The notes beneath the pieces are model-generated. The model was not told the origin of the DNA. It was given only the letters and a program-made list of their open reading frames with translations, and searched no databases. A stretch of DNA of 63,966 nucleotides, filler included, from Olpidium bornovanus S191 (Eukaryota > Fungi > Olpidiomycota), in assembly GCA_017911155.1 (NCBI GenBank). It is 28 parts of 28 records of this genome, joined end to end, with 100 filler letters (N's around TTAATTAATTAA, not from the genome) between each part and the next. Parts side by side here need not be neighbours in the genome. Positions count along the whole stretch, not along the records: positions 49,031 to 50,256 come from JAEFCI010004973.1; positions 50,357 to 51,432 come from JAEFCI010003713.1; positions 51,533 to 53,002 come from JAEFCI010005452.1; positions 53,103 to 56,530 come from JAEFCI010003916.1; positions 56,631 to 58,928 come from JAEFCI010006090.1; positions 59,029 to 60,640 come from JAEFCI010002883.1; positions 60,741 to 61,806 come from JAEFCI010002707.1; positions 61,907 to 63,966 come from JAEFCI010012792.1; 20 more parts are not named here. One strand, written 5' to 3'. Shown here piece by piece: positions 49,031 through 62,250 of the stretch. The translations under genes and the position numbers were made by a program. Position 1 is the stretch's first letter, and every line of letters starts with the position of its first letter.

Positions 49031-49152
49031 GGCAATCTTCCTCGCCTCCTCCCGCCGGATGGCCTCCTGGTCAGCGCGGATACGATCCAGTTCGCGTTTC
49101 TTCTGTTCTTCGGCGAGGCGGGCTTTCTCCGCCTCTGCTTCGCGTTGCATGG
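49031..49152 (-). CDS. Charged coiled-coil coding fragment; upstream exons likely to ~50000
   Basis: MQREAEAEKARLAEEQKKRELDRIRADQEAIRREEARKIA runs into the gap. Family unknown. Confidence 0.4.
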
Positions 49153-50172
49153 TACACAGGCGCGTGCAGCAACGGAATCCAAACCACCAGCCACTGCGTC
49201 GATGGACGTTTCCCTGACTTTCCTGGTCTGTTGGTGTCATTTCCCTGAACTGATTCAGGATAGGGCTAAAGCTAAATCCCAGGGCGGAGGGGAATCTCAC
49301 GTTTCTCTTTTTTTTTGTCCAAAACGCCAGGGTCGTACACTGGTGCATTCCGTAATATGTTGCCCGCAAAGCAGAGGCTCCCAGCCAAGCACCCCGCCTG
49401 TTCAATCGGTTCGAAAACCTTCGGCATCGCACTCACCATTTTGCCCTTGCAGCCTTATCAACGTTGCCATAAAGACGTCCTCTAACGTGGTTCAGGCCCG
49501 CCACGAAGTCAGCCGTACCTTCTCACTCCAATATCACGCTCGATGTACTTAGAAAAATTGCAGGCATTATATTCCGCCTTTGCTCTGCTCTTACCTCCCC
49601 TGGAGAGTCCCGGCACCTTAGACGTTGCTTTTTTTTCGGAAAACTTGCCGAGTTCAGCAAAAACCCGATTGTGGGCAGCGGGGTATGAGGACAGGAGTCC
49701 CCGCCTGGGGATTTTGCGGTACAATTGCGTCGATCCAGAGTCGCTTTTGACCATAGGGTTTTCTTTGGCTTTTTTGCACCGTATCACGGGGCAGAAGCTC
49801 ACCCCGCCGTTCTTGAGATCACGCGTCTCTTTTGAGTAAGGTTTGGGTTGCGACATTCGCGTAATTGGGGCGCAAAAGTAATAGGCGAGCTTGGTGGAAA
49901 TTCGTCATATTGCGCTGTCCGGGACCACCTTCCTTTGTCCTCGTAGAACACTGCACAATCCAGACCCTGTTGTCCGTTTCTTCCGGCGGCTCGTTTTTGG
50001 GTCCTGGAGCGCCTCGCCCATTGGGACGCTGTCGACAGCGCGGGGCACCCCCAACCCGTGGCTTGTTTGTTCCGCTCCGTCCGCGGGGGACAGGCTGGTT
50101 GGCCCCTCCGCGAAAACGGCGGACAGGGGAAAAGGGTGGGAAAGGAGGGGGGGGGACTCGGCCCGTGTCCGG

Positions 50173-50206
<34 letters not shown>

Positions 50207-53102
50207 CCAACCCCCCGGGGGGGGAAAACCCCCCTGAACTTCCCGGCCCGGAAAAANNNNNNNNNNNNNNNNNNNNNNNNNNNNNNNNNNNNNNNNNNNN
50301 TTAATTAATTAANNNNNNNNNNNNNNNNNNNNNNNNNNNNNNNNNNNNNNNNNNNNGATATTACGGCCGGGGCGCCCTCACGCTGGTGAGCCCACCACAC
50401 CGCGGGCGCTACCACACTGGTGAGCCCGCCCATCTTGGTCTTCGTCTTGGTCTTGGTCTTGATCTGGAGGTCACATGATGTCGCGACTAGACACACTGGT
50501 GTGTCTAGCGGTCTCGGCGATTTTTGGATCACGTGACCGTTGCGCTCGGCAGGCGCTCCCAAGAGGGGCCTGACGCGGCCTGAGGGGTTTGACGCCACCG
50601 TAGCGGGCGCGCCATGACACTTTTGTGCTTCCACGTTCTTGCTTTATCCTTTCCCAAAGGCTTATCCTTTTGCCATTCTCGTGCAGTTCCCGGCAACCAG
50701 GATTCTGCCCCTCGGTCTTTGCCATCTTCGCCCCCACGCCGGATTTGGTCCTCTCCCCCGACTCGCCAGCTTCTCATGCGTTGGCGGCTCGGGGCCACCG
50801 GCTTTCCCACCAAGTTGCCGCTCAACTCCGTCAGATTGCCGATTGCTTGGATGCCCTGGACAGTCTCGCTGGCGATTTCCTTCTCCAGGAACGTCGGGCC
50901 TGGCTGTCGTGCCAGAGAATAAACGACCTTCGTTCTCCTGCGGCGCAGGTCCGGGACTATCTGCGTTCGGCTGGCCGGGCGGCTGGGATCGATTTTCCGA
51001 TAACGCGTTCTCGGGGTCAGCGCGGTCGCCATGGTCGTACTGTGCTCGTGGAGGGGGCCTGGTCTCCTCTGCCGACATGCCGCGGCGGAGAAGGTCTCCC
51101 TCCTCATCACGATGATGACGACTGCCCCCCGCCTCCTGCCCCACTTTCCTTCTGACCTCGGTTTTCCCCCCTTGCTTTCGGTTGCGGGGAATGACCATGT
51201 TTGAATTGCTTGCTGCCGTGGTTTTGCCTTGCTATTTTTGCTTTTGCTTGCTCTTCCCTCGGTGAGGGGCTTTACTTTGTGATATGCGATTTTCTGTCGG
51301 CGAACTACCAGTTGGTAGCCTTTTGCAGCAATTGACGTTGAGGTCTTGGTAATTGAATCGCTTAGGGTGGCATCCTGATTTCCGAGGTCGGGGGCGGCTT
51401 CTCCCAGGATCTCCCTTAATGCGTCATACTCCNNNNNNNNNNNNNNNNNNNNNNNNNNNNNNNNNNNNNNNNNNNNTTAATTAATTAANNNNNNNNNNNN
51501 NNNNNNNNNNNNNNNNNNNNNNNNNNNNNNNNCATGGTCGGCAAAGACGACTGACTTCTGTAATGCCGTTGAACGTTCGAACTCCATCGTAGAAGGAGTT
51601 TAACCGGGAATACCCGAACACCGTCCCGCAAGCACCGTCCGTGTTTTTGTGGTTTTTTTTTTGTTGTTTCCTGTTTTTTAATTTGAGGTTTTTTTTGAAG
51701 CATCTGCCTTTCGCGCCCGCGAAGTCGGGAGAACAAAGCGAGATGAATGAAAAAAAGAAGGAAAAACAAAAAACGAAAATAAAAGATAATCCTGGAACGG
51801 TGAGGTCTGTCAGAAAGAGAAATGTGCAACCTACGGAAAGTGGTAGACATTGTCCGTAATCACTCCGGCGACGTCGAATAAAGTCCCGAAGTCGAGGGAC
51901 ATCCTGGGAAAAGTAGCGAAGCGAGACAAAAAACGGCAATTCTATGTCAGCAGAAAGAGGAAAAAAATCCTATTGAAGTGAAGTTCAGGGGAAAAAAAGT
52001 TCCCATCAAAACTAAGTCACCAAAAAAATTTATGCTTTGACAAAAACGGCAAAGTTCTCCCTCGGTAGTTCGGCACAAAGGCGGCAAGAGTTCGGGAAAG
52101 GCGGCCAAGAAAAACAAAAGCTGGAGGTTCTGCAGTGTGCGGCTTCCCTCTTCTTCTTCCCCTTTTCTTTCCTTTTCTTTCCATCTTTGTTTTTGCTTTC
52201 AGAAGCAAAACAGACGACCCCGCCGGTCGCGCCGACGAAACGGTCCGGCCCTGGCCAGCGCCGCGTTCGTCTAGGGCGCCCGGGTCTGGGGGAAGGCGGA
52301 AGTGAACAAAAAAAAAACGCACGGGTCCTGTTTAAAACGGCCGAGTGCTGGACGGCGCCAGGAACGGCCCACCCCCCCCCTTCCCCCCGTTTTCCCCTAC
52401 CGCGCGGTCGCCCGGCCGGGTCTCGGGCCGAGCAAGCACGGCGGGCGAACTCTCTTTCGCAAACGGCCCCGCGGCCGGGGGCCGTTCCCGGGGTCACAAC
52501 CTTTTTTTTTAACGGAAGTTCCTTCTGCTCGAGGCGGGAGTCCCGCGCGCGCGGGTCGTCCGGCGGCATTGTCTCTCTTTCGCCTTGGGAGAAGAGTTTT
52601 TTTTTTCCTCAACGGCGCCCGAAGTCTGAGGTCTTCCGGACGTCTTACGAGTGCGGCGCCGGGAAGGTCGGTTGGCGGGTGCGCGAGGAGTGCGCGCGTG
52701 TATGTGTGTGTGTGTGGGAGGGGTAAGCGGGAAAGGCCTCTCACGTGACCGACCGGGCCCCAACGCGCGCGTGGTGCCACTCCGCCCCTTTCCGGCCTTT
52801 CCCCAACCCTTTTTTCTTTCTTTCTGCAAACGGTCCTTTTTCGCGACGCGCCGACACACGCATCAACACACGCCCACACACAATTGCATAGCCTTCACGC
52901 TATACAGCATTCCTTCAAACCTCACTGCACTCATAGCGCCAGGGTTTGTCTCTGGCCGACTTTGACGTAAAGCAAAATACGCAACTTTGTGCGAGGTACA
53001 TGNNNNNNNNNNNNNNNNNNNNNNNNNNNNNNNNNNNNNNNNNNNNTTAATTAATTAANNNNNNNNNNNNNNNNNNNNNNNNNNNNNNNNNNNNNNNNNN
53101 NN

Positions 53103-54850
53103 TCATGACAAGGTGATAAAGGTCTGCGCGACCTCAAAGGACCGAGGTGGGGAACAGGGCCGGAAAAGTTACGGGAGCAATCTGGCGAAGGTGTAGCCGA
53201 CTCTGACCCCACACTTGATCCTGCGTGTAAGTCCTGGCCACCGGGTCGCCTCCTTCCTTGTCGGCGTTGTCCAGAGCGCCCGGAAGCCAGAAATCGAAGG
53301 GGAAAGGAAAAAGGAAGAAGATTGACAAAACTATGATTGGTCAGCCGTTGAACTTCCAGCATCTGAGCCACGTCGGGTGGAGCAGTGAGAAGGGCTTTGA
53401 CGTGCGTGGAATATCGTTTGCGGGTAACCAATGTATCCACGGGGACCTGTTTGCCTCAGTGGCTTAGAATGACTAATTGCTCAAATGGATTTCATTTTAG
53501 GCGGAGAATATGCCGGAGGATTGGCGGAAGCTTCTGGCAGACTCTGGTATCTCTATGGAACAGATGAAAGACCAGAAAACGGCAGAATTCGTATACAATT
53601 TCGTCGAATCGCGCGGAGGGCCCAGTGCCCGTAGTTCAACAATTCTGTCTCCGGGTAATACCATCCAGCCCGCTGCTGTATCCAGCCCTACTGGATGTGA
53701 GTCCTCGAGGATGCGGTCCTCGAGCTGATTTCCTATCTTTAAAATAAGGCGCTGACGAGCATGACATTGCCGCAAACTTTTGCAGCGAAGGCGCGCCGCC
53801 CTCCCCCGCCGCCAGTTCGTCGCCCGGGAACGTCCCTACGATTTCCGCTTGGTGATACGACCTCGAAAATGGCGCCGGAAACGGATGCGCAGCACCCGCC
53901 GTACACCTCTTTGCCGCAATCGCAGTCTTCCACGTTGGAGTCGGCGCCCGATTCTGAAGCTCCGAAGCAGGAAGCGGAACAACGGCCACAACAGCCGCGC
54001 CGCTTACCGCCTCCTCTGCCGCTCCAACGCTTGAAGCCCTCGATGATGTCCTGCTCGGAAAGCCCGGCAATGCCGTCGGGTCCGGCTTTGCCAAAGTCAA
54101 TTCCACCGGCAATTGGGCCTAGCCCAGGGCCGTTGCTGCTGGCGGATCGATCGGCGGGGATTCCGCGATCGGCGCCAGAGCCTCAACCCCATCGCTTGTT
54201 GAAACCCCGGGGTCCCGCGTGTGTTCCGGGAGACTTGCCTTGTATGACGTTTGCGGAGAATTCGGTCATAGGCGCCGCCTCGGTGGTTCCGCCTCCACCA
54301 CCTCCGCCACCTCCGCCGCCGCCCAATCTTCTGCCGAAATCGCCCGGTTTTCCGCAACCACCGCTTCCGCCGCCTCTGGCCACGGCTGCCTCCCCCTCCC
54401 TCCCTGCCGCAGCGGACGGTCGCGCCGATCTGCTCGCTAGTATCCGGGCGGCGGGCATCGGCTCCCTGAAGCCTGTAAGTTGTTGCAGATTTTTTTCCAA
54501 AATTGTGCTGCTCTGATGTATTTGGATAATTAACAGGTTTCGTCGCCCTTTGCTGAACTTGCCGCGTTATATCGTCCGTTTCTCTTCGCAGGCCGGTTCT
54601 AGTCAGGTCCCCGCGGCATCCGGACAGCACGAGAAAGCGAAACCGAAATGCGGCACGGAGGACGGCCCGGACCTCGCCTCCGCACTGGCCGCGGCTCTCG
54701 CTGCGCGGTCAAAACAGATTGCTGATTCCTCCGGTGCGGTGGGATTTCTTGTGAGCTTCTCACTCTGTCAGTTCCCTTTTTGCTGACGTGCTGCTCCATT
54801 TAATTTTCCGTCCCATAGATGAGGATGAAGATAACGACGAGTGGAATTGA
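53103..54850 (+). CDS. WASP: WASP-family Arp2/3 nucleation-promoting factor with CRIB/GBD, partial (5' end missing)
   Basis: Basic region KGKGKRKKIDK, CRIB IGQPLNFQHLSHVGW, GBD WRKLLADSGIS...TAEFVYNFV, a polyproline region, WH2 RADLLASIRAAGIGSLKPV, C region DLASALAAALAARSKQI and an acidic end DEDEDNDEW-N-stop. Confidence 0.95.
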
Positions 54851-55346
54851 ATCACATTAACAACACAAGAAGTAATGCCATGCGCGTTCGTGATTTGATT
54901 TACGTCATGTAATTCTGCATCGTCTGAGTATTGGGCGGTATATAAGGGATTTTATTTTTTTAATTGTCTCATTCTCCGAATGCGCACTACAAGCTACCAG
55001 GTCCCCGTTTACCGACGTTTCGTCGTGATATTTCGTGGAAACCTTGACATTAGCCGGGGCGCCGGGTGTGTCTTCTCATCGCCTATATCCTAATCCTGGA
55101 AACTGTTCCGGGACGTTGCTACAGTACCTTTATCTTGGCTGCAAAAGCGGCCTTACCATTTCCGAATTGGTCCGTTTATATCTTCGATACGTCTGCCGGG
55201 TTTCGCGGGAAAAAAAACTCGTTTTCCCACGCGATATTTGACCATCCGAGCGGCCGAGTGGGCCAGAAAAGTGCGGGAGCTGCAGAAGCAGCTTAGCCGA
55301 TTCACACAGGTCGCGTTGCTCAGTATATTCTAATATTTATACAGCG

Positions 55347-56038
55347 TCATGCCGACGAAAATTTGTTGGAATGCGTAACGGCGGTTCTCTCGCGCACGCC
55401 ATACTTCTCCGGGTTATTGATGTAGCGTCCGGCGGCGGCAACGATTTTCGCCTTAGGCGCCCGGGTTGGGCTAATGGGGACAGTTCGCAGGACATGGTTG
55501 AAGTGCTGCGAAGGGTGACGGGGTGAGTTAGGTTCCCCCCTCAACACCAGGCACCGAAACCCGCCGAGCGGGACAGCGAGAAAGAGAAAGGTTCTACCTT
55601 GAAACTTGTGGCGCCAACGTCAACGCAGGTCTGAAGAACGATTTCGTCGACCTCCTTGGTTGCGAGCTGCGGGGGCAGCAAGTCTTTGATGATCGCACCC
55701 TCGGCCTCCTCCTCGACGACGAGGTCCTCGCGACCGCCTTCGCGGTACATAGCGATGACCTCGTTGCGCTTCGCTATGGCCTTGTGGATCAGGTGGACGA
55801 CGTCGGAATCACAGTTGACCATCCTGGGGGGGTAGCGTCTTTTCTCGGCCTCAGCGATGTCGGCGAGGAGGCCCCTCAGCACCCAAAGGCGCGGCGTGTC
55901 GTTCGTTTCCGCGGCCTTCTTCTCGCCCTCCTTGATCCTAGCGAGGATCGTCGTCGGGACTTTTCGCGCGGCAGCGAGCCGGGGGGGAATAGGGCGGAAA
56001 AAAGCCGGGGAGATCGAGTGCAGGCACCAAGAGCGCAT
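55347..56038 (-). CDS. AIM41: Yqey/GatB-domain mitochondrial protein (Aim41-like)
   Basis: RLWVLRGLLADI..., LIHKAIAKRNEVIAMYREGGREDLVVEEEAEGAIIKDLLPPQL, the Yqey pattern. The N-terminus is presequence-like. The last exon is tentative. Confidence 0.82.
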
Positions 56039-56409
56039 CGCGGGCCGCGTGTTCGACAGAGATCCGCGTCGGAAGCAGCGCGAGCGTCAGCCCCGCGCCC
56101 GCCTAGGCACGTTCACCGCGGGAGGGCAAACGGAGAGGGCGACCTCCTCCGTTTCCCGAGTTCGCCCCTTCGGGGGGGCAGCGGGCAGGCAGCGCGACGT
56201 GCGAAAAGCCACGTCCCCCCCCCCCCCCCCCCCTCCTTTTTCCCCCCCCCCCCCCCCCCCCCTCCTCCCCCGGATTTTTGCCAAAATTTATGTTTTCGCC
56301 CGTAAAAAGAAAAAAAAAAATCACGAAAGGTTTTCCACGCAAGTTCATCACCTCTTTCCGCCCGCCTGCCCGCCCGCCCGCCCCACCCACCCCCACCCCA
56401 ACCCTTTTT

Positions 56410-56451
<42 letters not shown>

Positions 56452-56630
56452 TTTTTTTTTTCTGGGGTCCGCGAAACCAAACTCCAACGGTGAGGGCATG
56501 GAAGTTGTCCATAGCCTTCGTTGTCAGAAANNNNNNNNNNNNNNNNNNNNNNNNNNNNNNNNNNNNNNNNNNNNTTAATTAATTAANNNNNNNNNNNNNN
56601 NNNNNNNNNNNNNNNNNNNNNNNNNNNNNN

Positions 56631-57689
56631 CATGGTGGGCGGAAACGATGTCATCTTGGCGGCCGTCAATTGTCTGAAATTCGAACCACTCGAAGAGCTC
56701 GCAGGTCGGTCAGCGAGCGTCGGCAACGTTGCGAGATTTCTCGAAAACGAAGTCGAGGAAAAAGGCCTTCCGTTCTCGCCGTATGCGGAAAGCCAATTGC
56801 TCGACGGCACTTCGGGCTGCTGCTGGCGGCCCCAAGGCCTCCGGCGGTGCTGCTGCTGGCCGCGGGCGCTCAACGACGGGGCGTTGACTAGGTGCACGTG
56901 CGGCAGCGAAGATCGCCGTCGCGGAAACGGGGGGGCGCCGGGAGCCGAGCGTATCTGCGACGCAGGTGCCAGGGGCGACGAGGCGCCGGCGCGGTTTGAC
57001 CGGATTCCCTCGTCGCTGAGGGTTCGCCGGAGGTTCCGGTGCCCCGGCAGCACCGTCACGGCCAGCCGCGGTGGGAGCGGCGGAGGCGACGGGGGTCGCG
57101 CGCGGGACGGCTTGGCGCCCTCCCGGGTGGGCGGGCGGACCTGCTTTTGGCCGGAAGCGTCCGCGCAGCCGCGGCCGCGACCGGGACCGGAAAGCCGGGG
57201 GGCGCACGGGCGACACGACGCCTCCCCTCCCGCGGCGTCCGCGAGACAGGCGGCCGGGGCCGCGGGCGGGGCCGCCGCGGCGCCGCCCACGGGCAGTTTT
57301 GGCGCCGCGAGCTGCTCCTCGGGCCGCCTCCGGCGTCGATCTGCCGCTTCGCGGAGCCTTGTCGAGATCGCGCGGTCGTCGCCGGACGAATCCGCGGGGG
57401 CCGGGACGCGCGGAGGATCCTGCGCGGTTCTGGAAACCCTCGGGGCGCCGCCTTCGTGCCCTTCCGGACACGCGGGTGCGGGTCTCTTGGGGTGCCTTTT
57501 CGCGGACGCGGACAGGAGCGCCAGTCGTATCCGCGACACGAGGCCGCTCTTCTGCGACGCCGAAGTGCCGCCGGGCTGAACGTCGCCGGCCGCCACCGCC
57601 GCCGGCGCCGCGACCGCAGACAGCTTGACGGCCTGGCAGGGCAGCCGTTCTGCTGCGATCTCCAGTTCGGCCGTTTCCCACGCCGGCAT
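56631..57689 (-). CDS. Hypothetical low-complexity protein, N-terminal part
   Basis: GCCGCCGCCATG Kozak-like start. About 350 open codons rich in S/P/A/R run to the gap. No domain recognised. Confidence 0.5.
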
Positions 57690-58030
57690 GGCGGCGGCGG
57701 CGCTTTAGTTCTCGCGAGAGCGGAGCGGGAAGACTCCGTCGGGGCGAGATCGCCGGGATAAGTCCGAGCGGCGGCGGTGGTTTCTGCCGCACGGTCCACC
57801 CCTGGCGCAACTTCGCAGCACTCCGCCTGCGTGTTCTGGGCGGCGGTGGCGGCGGGAGCGGGGGCGAGCGCGGCGCCACAACACCCGGCGTTTGCAAGGG
57901 GCCGAAATCGCCGGAACGTGAAACCAGGCCGACGACCAAGGGCCACAAAGACAGGGCGCGCCGAGCGCCGGCGCGCTTTGGGCCAGAGCAGGACGAGCCG
58001 TGGGGGGGGGGGGGGGGGGGGGGGAAACCC

Positions 58031-58078
<48 letters not shown>

Positions 58079-58809
58079 GGTGGAAGAACACGCTCCGGGG
58101 AGGAGGAGGTGAGGAGCGTGCGGGCGGGCGGGCGAGAAACGAGAAAGAACGAGAGCGCGAGAACGACTTTTTGCGGCGCGCGAAGGACCCGCCCGGAGTG
58201 GCCCCTCCCCCCCCCCCCCCCCCGCCCGGCAGGCGCTGTGTTGCCGGAGGGGCCCGCCCGGCCCGCGCGGGGAAACGCGCCCGCGCGCGGGAACACGCGG
58301 AGTGGGCCCTCCCGAACGACTACCGAGGAGGAAAAAAAAAAAAAAAAAATAATAATCGCGAAAGGAGCCCAACCCGCGCTGAACGATGCGCCTAGGTGGG
58401 AAACGGCCGGGGGCAGGGCGCGAGGTGGGGTGAGGGCGGGGGGGAAAGGAAGAGTTGCGCGTGTCCCGGGTGGGTGGGTCTCCGCTGACCGGTTTTTTGC
58501 TTGGCAGCCTGCGTCCAGCTCGATCCGCGGTGGGGCGAGCCGGACCAAAACATGAAACAAGCGACGGAGCTTCTCGACTCGTGAGCCCTCTAGAGCCCCC
58601 GGCGCGCGCCGTTCCGCGCGGCGCGACCGGCCCTCCCCCTTCGTATTCTCCGTTTCAGTTCTCCGTCTCTGCCGCAAGCGCACCCTTCAGCGGCCGAAAC
58701 AACTTTCGGCCGAGATCCAACCCCGCTTTCGTGTCCCGGACGCCAGCTTTCGCCGAGGCGACATTGATTTCTTGGTCCTGCCGGAAATGGCGTTCGTGGG
58801 GTCCGTTCC

Positions 58810-58865
<56 letters not shown>

Positions 58866-59028
58866 CGCCCCCCCCCCCCCCCCCCCCCCCCGTTTTTCCC
58901 CCCCCCCCCCCCCCCCCCTCCACCCCACNNNNNNNNNNNNNNNNNNNNNNNNNNNNNNNNNNNNNNNNNNNNTTAATTAATTAANNNNNNNNNNNNNNNN
59001 NNNNNNNNNNNNNNNNNNNNNNNNNNNN

Positions 59029-59474
59029 CCCACGCCGACCTGCGCCCGTTCCTCTGCGCCGTGTGCGGCGCCGCCTTCCGGCGTAATCACGACTGTATGC
59101 GCCACGAGAAGAAGCACCTGGACCAGCGGCCGTACTCGTGCCCCGTCTGCTTCAAAGGCTTCACCCGCCAGGACGCGGTGAAGCGGCACCTTGCGCTGCA
59201 CCCCGTCAACAACGACGCCGCCTTCGTCGCCCCGCCGTCCCTGGGGCAAGCGGTGATGTCTTCGGCCCCGATGATGGTGGTGCCGACGTGCGCGATGGCC
59301 CCGTTAGCCGCATCTGTTGGCGTGACGGAACCCGCGGCGTTTCAACCCTACGCGGACGCGTTCGTTGCGGAACCGGGAGGCATATCGCGAATGTCAAACG
59401 ACCCCCAACCCTGCTCGACAACGACCTCCTTTGCCCCGAACAAGTTTTCGCCTTGCATTCTCCCGCCAAGTTAA
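59029..59474 (+). CDS. C2H2 zinc-finger transcription factor, C-terminal part (two fingers)
   Basis: RPFLCAVCGAAFRRNHDCMRHEKKH-LDQRPYSCPVCFKGFTRQDAVKRHLALH. Confidence 0.93.
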
Positions 59475-60769
59475 TAGGATTTTTCCCGATCCAGGGCATT
59501 TCTTCATCCTGGGCATCGCATGCGGCAACCAGCCGAATAGCACCAATTTAATATTTGAAAATTTTGATTTTACCATCCTTCATATAGAGATAAGGCAAAT
59601 CTAATGCTGTCACAAGGCCACCCGAGAGAGCATGCCTTTCCCCCAAGATTTCGAAAGTGCTTCGAATTGAAAAAGGGGGGGCTGCGGTGCGTGATGGAGC
59701 TTTTTCGGATGTTTCCGTGTACATCCCAATCGGCGGTGTTCGGCGCACGTCCCCTTCCTTCCGTCCGGCCCGATTTCCGCGAAATGCACGCTTGTCCTGG
59801 TACGCTGCTTTACGCAGCCCCGTAAAGTCGTCCGTGCAGGCAATCGTTGCACTGTCAGAAACGAGGGGGACGGACTCGGGGTGCGGCGCGCCGTGCTCGG
59901 CTTGCCGGGGCCTAGGGTCGGGAATTTTTGTTCGGCACCCGATCTCGTCCCAAATTCCCCCCAAAAATGATACGTGCGAGGGCTCGGAGGGTTTGTCAAC
60001 CCCGCCTTTCCTTTCTGGTTTTTGGCTTAAGGCCTTTTTCTTGCCGGGAAAAAAAAATGCACTTTCGCGCAGAGCGCCAGTTCATCGACCGCGGTTCGCC
60101 GCCGAAGCGTGCGTGTGTTGACGGAGAGGGAGAGGTCGGAGAAGGAAGGGGGGGAGAGCCTTCCTGGCATTTGAACCGACCGGAAGATCGCCCGCGTGTA
60201 GCTCTTGAATGAATTATGTCAAAAAATATGCTCTGTTACGCAGCGCATATGGGCGCAGCAAAGGTATATTGCGCATACAGTGGTCACGTGCAACAACATG
60301 CAACCCCGCAATCGGCCCCGCGATGGTACGCCGCCCGAGTCACCAAAGTCAAAACGTACACAGGCGGCCATGGCGAAAACGACTGCGGATGCCGGCGGCA
60401 CAGTGACGCGTGCAACGCCACCCGAATCCAGGGAAGCTCTGTAAAGAAGACGCATTGAGTGGTTGTCATATCCGCGAATAAATTGTTCTTGAGAAACGGT
60501 TTGTAGTAGGATTAAAACTCATAGAGTCCGGCCATCCTGCTGTTGTCCTCCAGACCGTAAGTCTTACCAGGGTCTCCCATTGGGTTATGGAGGGGCATTG
60601 GGCATTTCGAGAGCTTGGAGTGCGTAGAAATCTCTCATGANNNNNNNNNNNNNNNNNNNNNNNNNNNNNNNNNNNNNNNNNNNNTTAATTAATTAANNNN
60701 NNNNNNNNNNNNNNNNNNNNNNNNNNNNNNNNNNNNNNNNAATGTGTGTTTACAAGTAAGGGTTATCAC

Positions 60770-60947
60770 CCTGCACACCTTTTCGAGGTTGACGTTTCTC
60801 CAGAACAAGAACAGAAACATCCTTCTCTTGATTGACAATGCTCTGTCACATATCACGCATGACCTGGAGCTCACAAACATCAGGGTCCAGATGTTCACAC
60901 TGAACACAACGTCCAAAATCCAGCTGATGGTGTCGGGAGACTGTTGA
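60770..60947 (+). mobile_element. pogo/Tigger (DDE_1, CENP-B-like) transposase relic
   Basis: RNILLLIDNALSH...LTNIRVQMFTLNTTSKIQLM matches LLILDNASSH...LPPNTTS.LQP.D. The QPMD motif is degenerate and a stop follows. Confidence 0.85.
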
Positions 60948-62044
60948 CTCCGACGGGGTTGTGGCAGGCTGGGACGGGCACCAGTGGGCTGTTTTACACG
61001 TGCTGATTGCCGTAAGTACAAGTGGCCGTGGGACAGAGAAGTCCTCTTCTTACTGTTATCGCAGCTCTCTTCGACGCGGGCTTCGGCCCACTCCCCTTGC
61101 TCCCCAATCCTGCCCTCCAACCCCAGGAGCAGCCAACCGCCCACTCGGAGGGGTGTCGCAGTCGCAGGCGGTCGAGACTAGTCGGCTTGGAGCCCCACGG
61201 GAGGTCGTCAAAACGCCTTCGAGAGGTGCTACGTTGCTTTTTATTTTGCTGTTGTTCGGTGAGTTGCTCGCGTATATGGGGGGGGGATGGAACCAGGGGG
61301 GGGGCCTCCTTATGCGCCAAGCGCATAATTCCTCGTGGCATTAATTGCCCGACAACCACCCCCTCGCGGCATTCCCTACCCACTGAAGGGGGGGATGCCG
61401 CGAAACTAAACTGAAAACAAAGAGGAGAAAGAAGAAAAAGCAAGGGAAGGAGGCACAACAGTTACTAGCAAAGGGAGACTACGTAGTATGCAAATGTGCG
61501 AGCGGGCAAGGTAAACGGGGGCGGAAGAACAAGCCCCGGCGGCCCGGAAAACGTAGCCCTTGAACGCGTTCCCGACGGGCTTTCCTCGGACCCCTTTCCT
61601 GAAGCATGCACGTTTCGTAGAGGATGCAGACCATCACACCGCCATTGGCTCGAAGCCCCATTGGTCGTCGCGCCCAGGTTCGCAACATGTCGCCCTATCC
61701 CTGCCCTCCTCTGCCTCCACACTGCTCATCCAGGCGGAATTGCCCGATGTCCCGGTTTGTCCACCACCACCTGCCCTCGCTCACCGGATTCGCGGCCGAA
61801 CCATCTNNNNNNNNNNNNNNNNNNNNNNNNNNNNNNNNNNNNNNNNNNNNTTAATTAATTAANNNNNNNNNNNNNNNNNNNNNNNNNNNNNNNNNNNNNN
61901 NNNNNNGAAGGGGGAGACGGCGGCAGAGATGGCGAAGGTCGAGAAGGATAGGTAATCTCATCTGCCTCCGGCTCCGGCCCTGGATTTGGCAGCGGCTCCG
62001 GCATTTGAATCTGAATATGGGAATCCCGCAAATCTGCATAGCGG

Positions 62045-62250
62045 TATGCAACGTACCAAAGTACGCAACATACCCAAAACATACGCAGACGTACACATCG
62101 TAGGCAATGTACGCAACGCGCAACGTACACGAAATACCTAACATACTCAACATACGCATCGTGCAACGTACCCAACGTACCCAACGTGCCCAACTTGCCA
62201 AACGTGCCCAACGTACACAATGTACGTCAGCGTAAGCAAAGTACGACGAT
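62045..62250. repeat. Degenerate ~9-bp minisatellite (CAACGTACC)n
   Basis: Cleanest at 62165-62220 and decayed on both sides. It is probably intronic to a minus-strand gene (GT at ~62253, TGCAG at ~62035). Confidence 0.8.

Noticed and set aside
50529-51431. ~300-codon open minus frame as a gene or retroelement gag
   Set aside because: It is low complexity, competing frames look equally plausible, and there is no diagnostic motif.
56710-58683. 657-aa minus-strand ORF and many other long Arg/Pro/Gly-rich ORFs in the track
   Set aside because: These are shadow ORFs of GC-rich, homopolymer-rich DNA or antisense frames of real genes, with no domain signal.
60380-60470. RLLYRASLDSGG as a TLDc-domain motif
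   Set aside because: The match is only 6-7 residues and the following sequence does not continue the domain.
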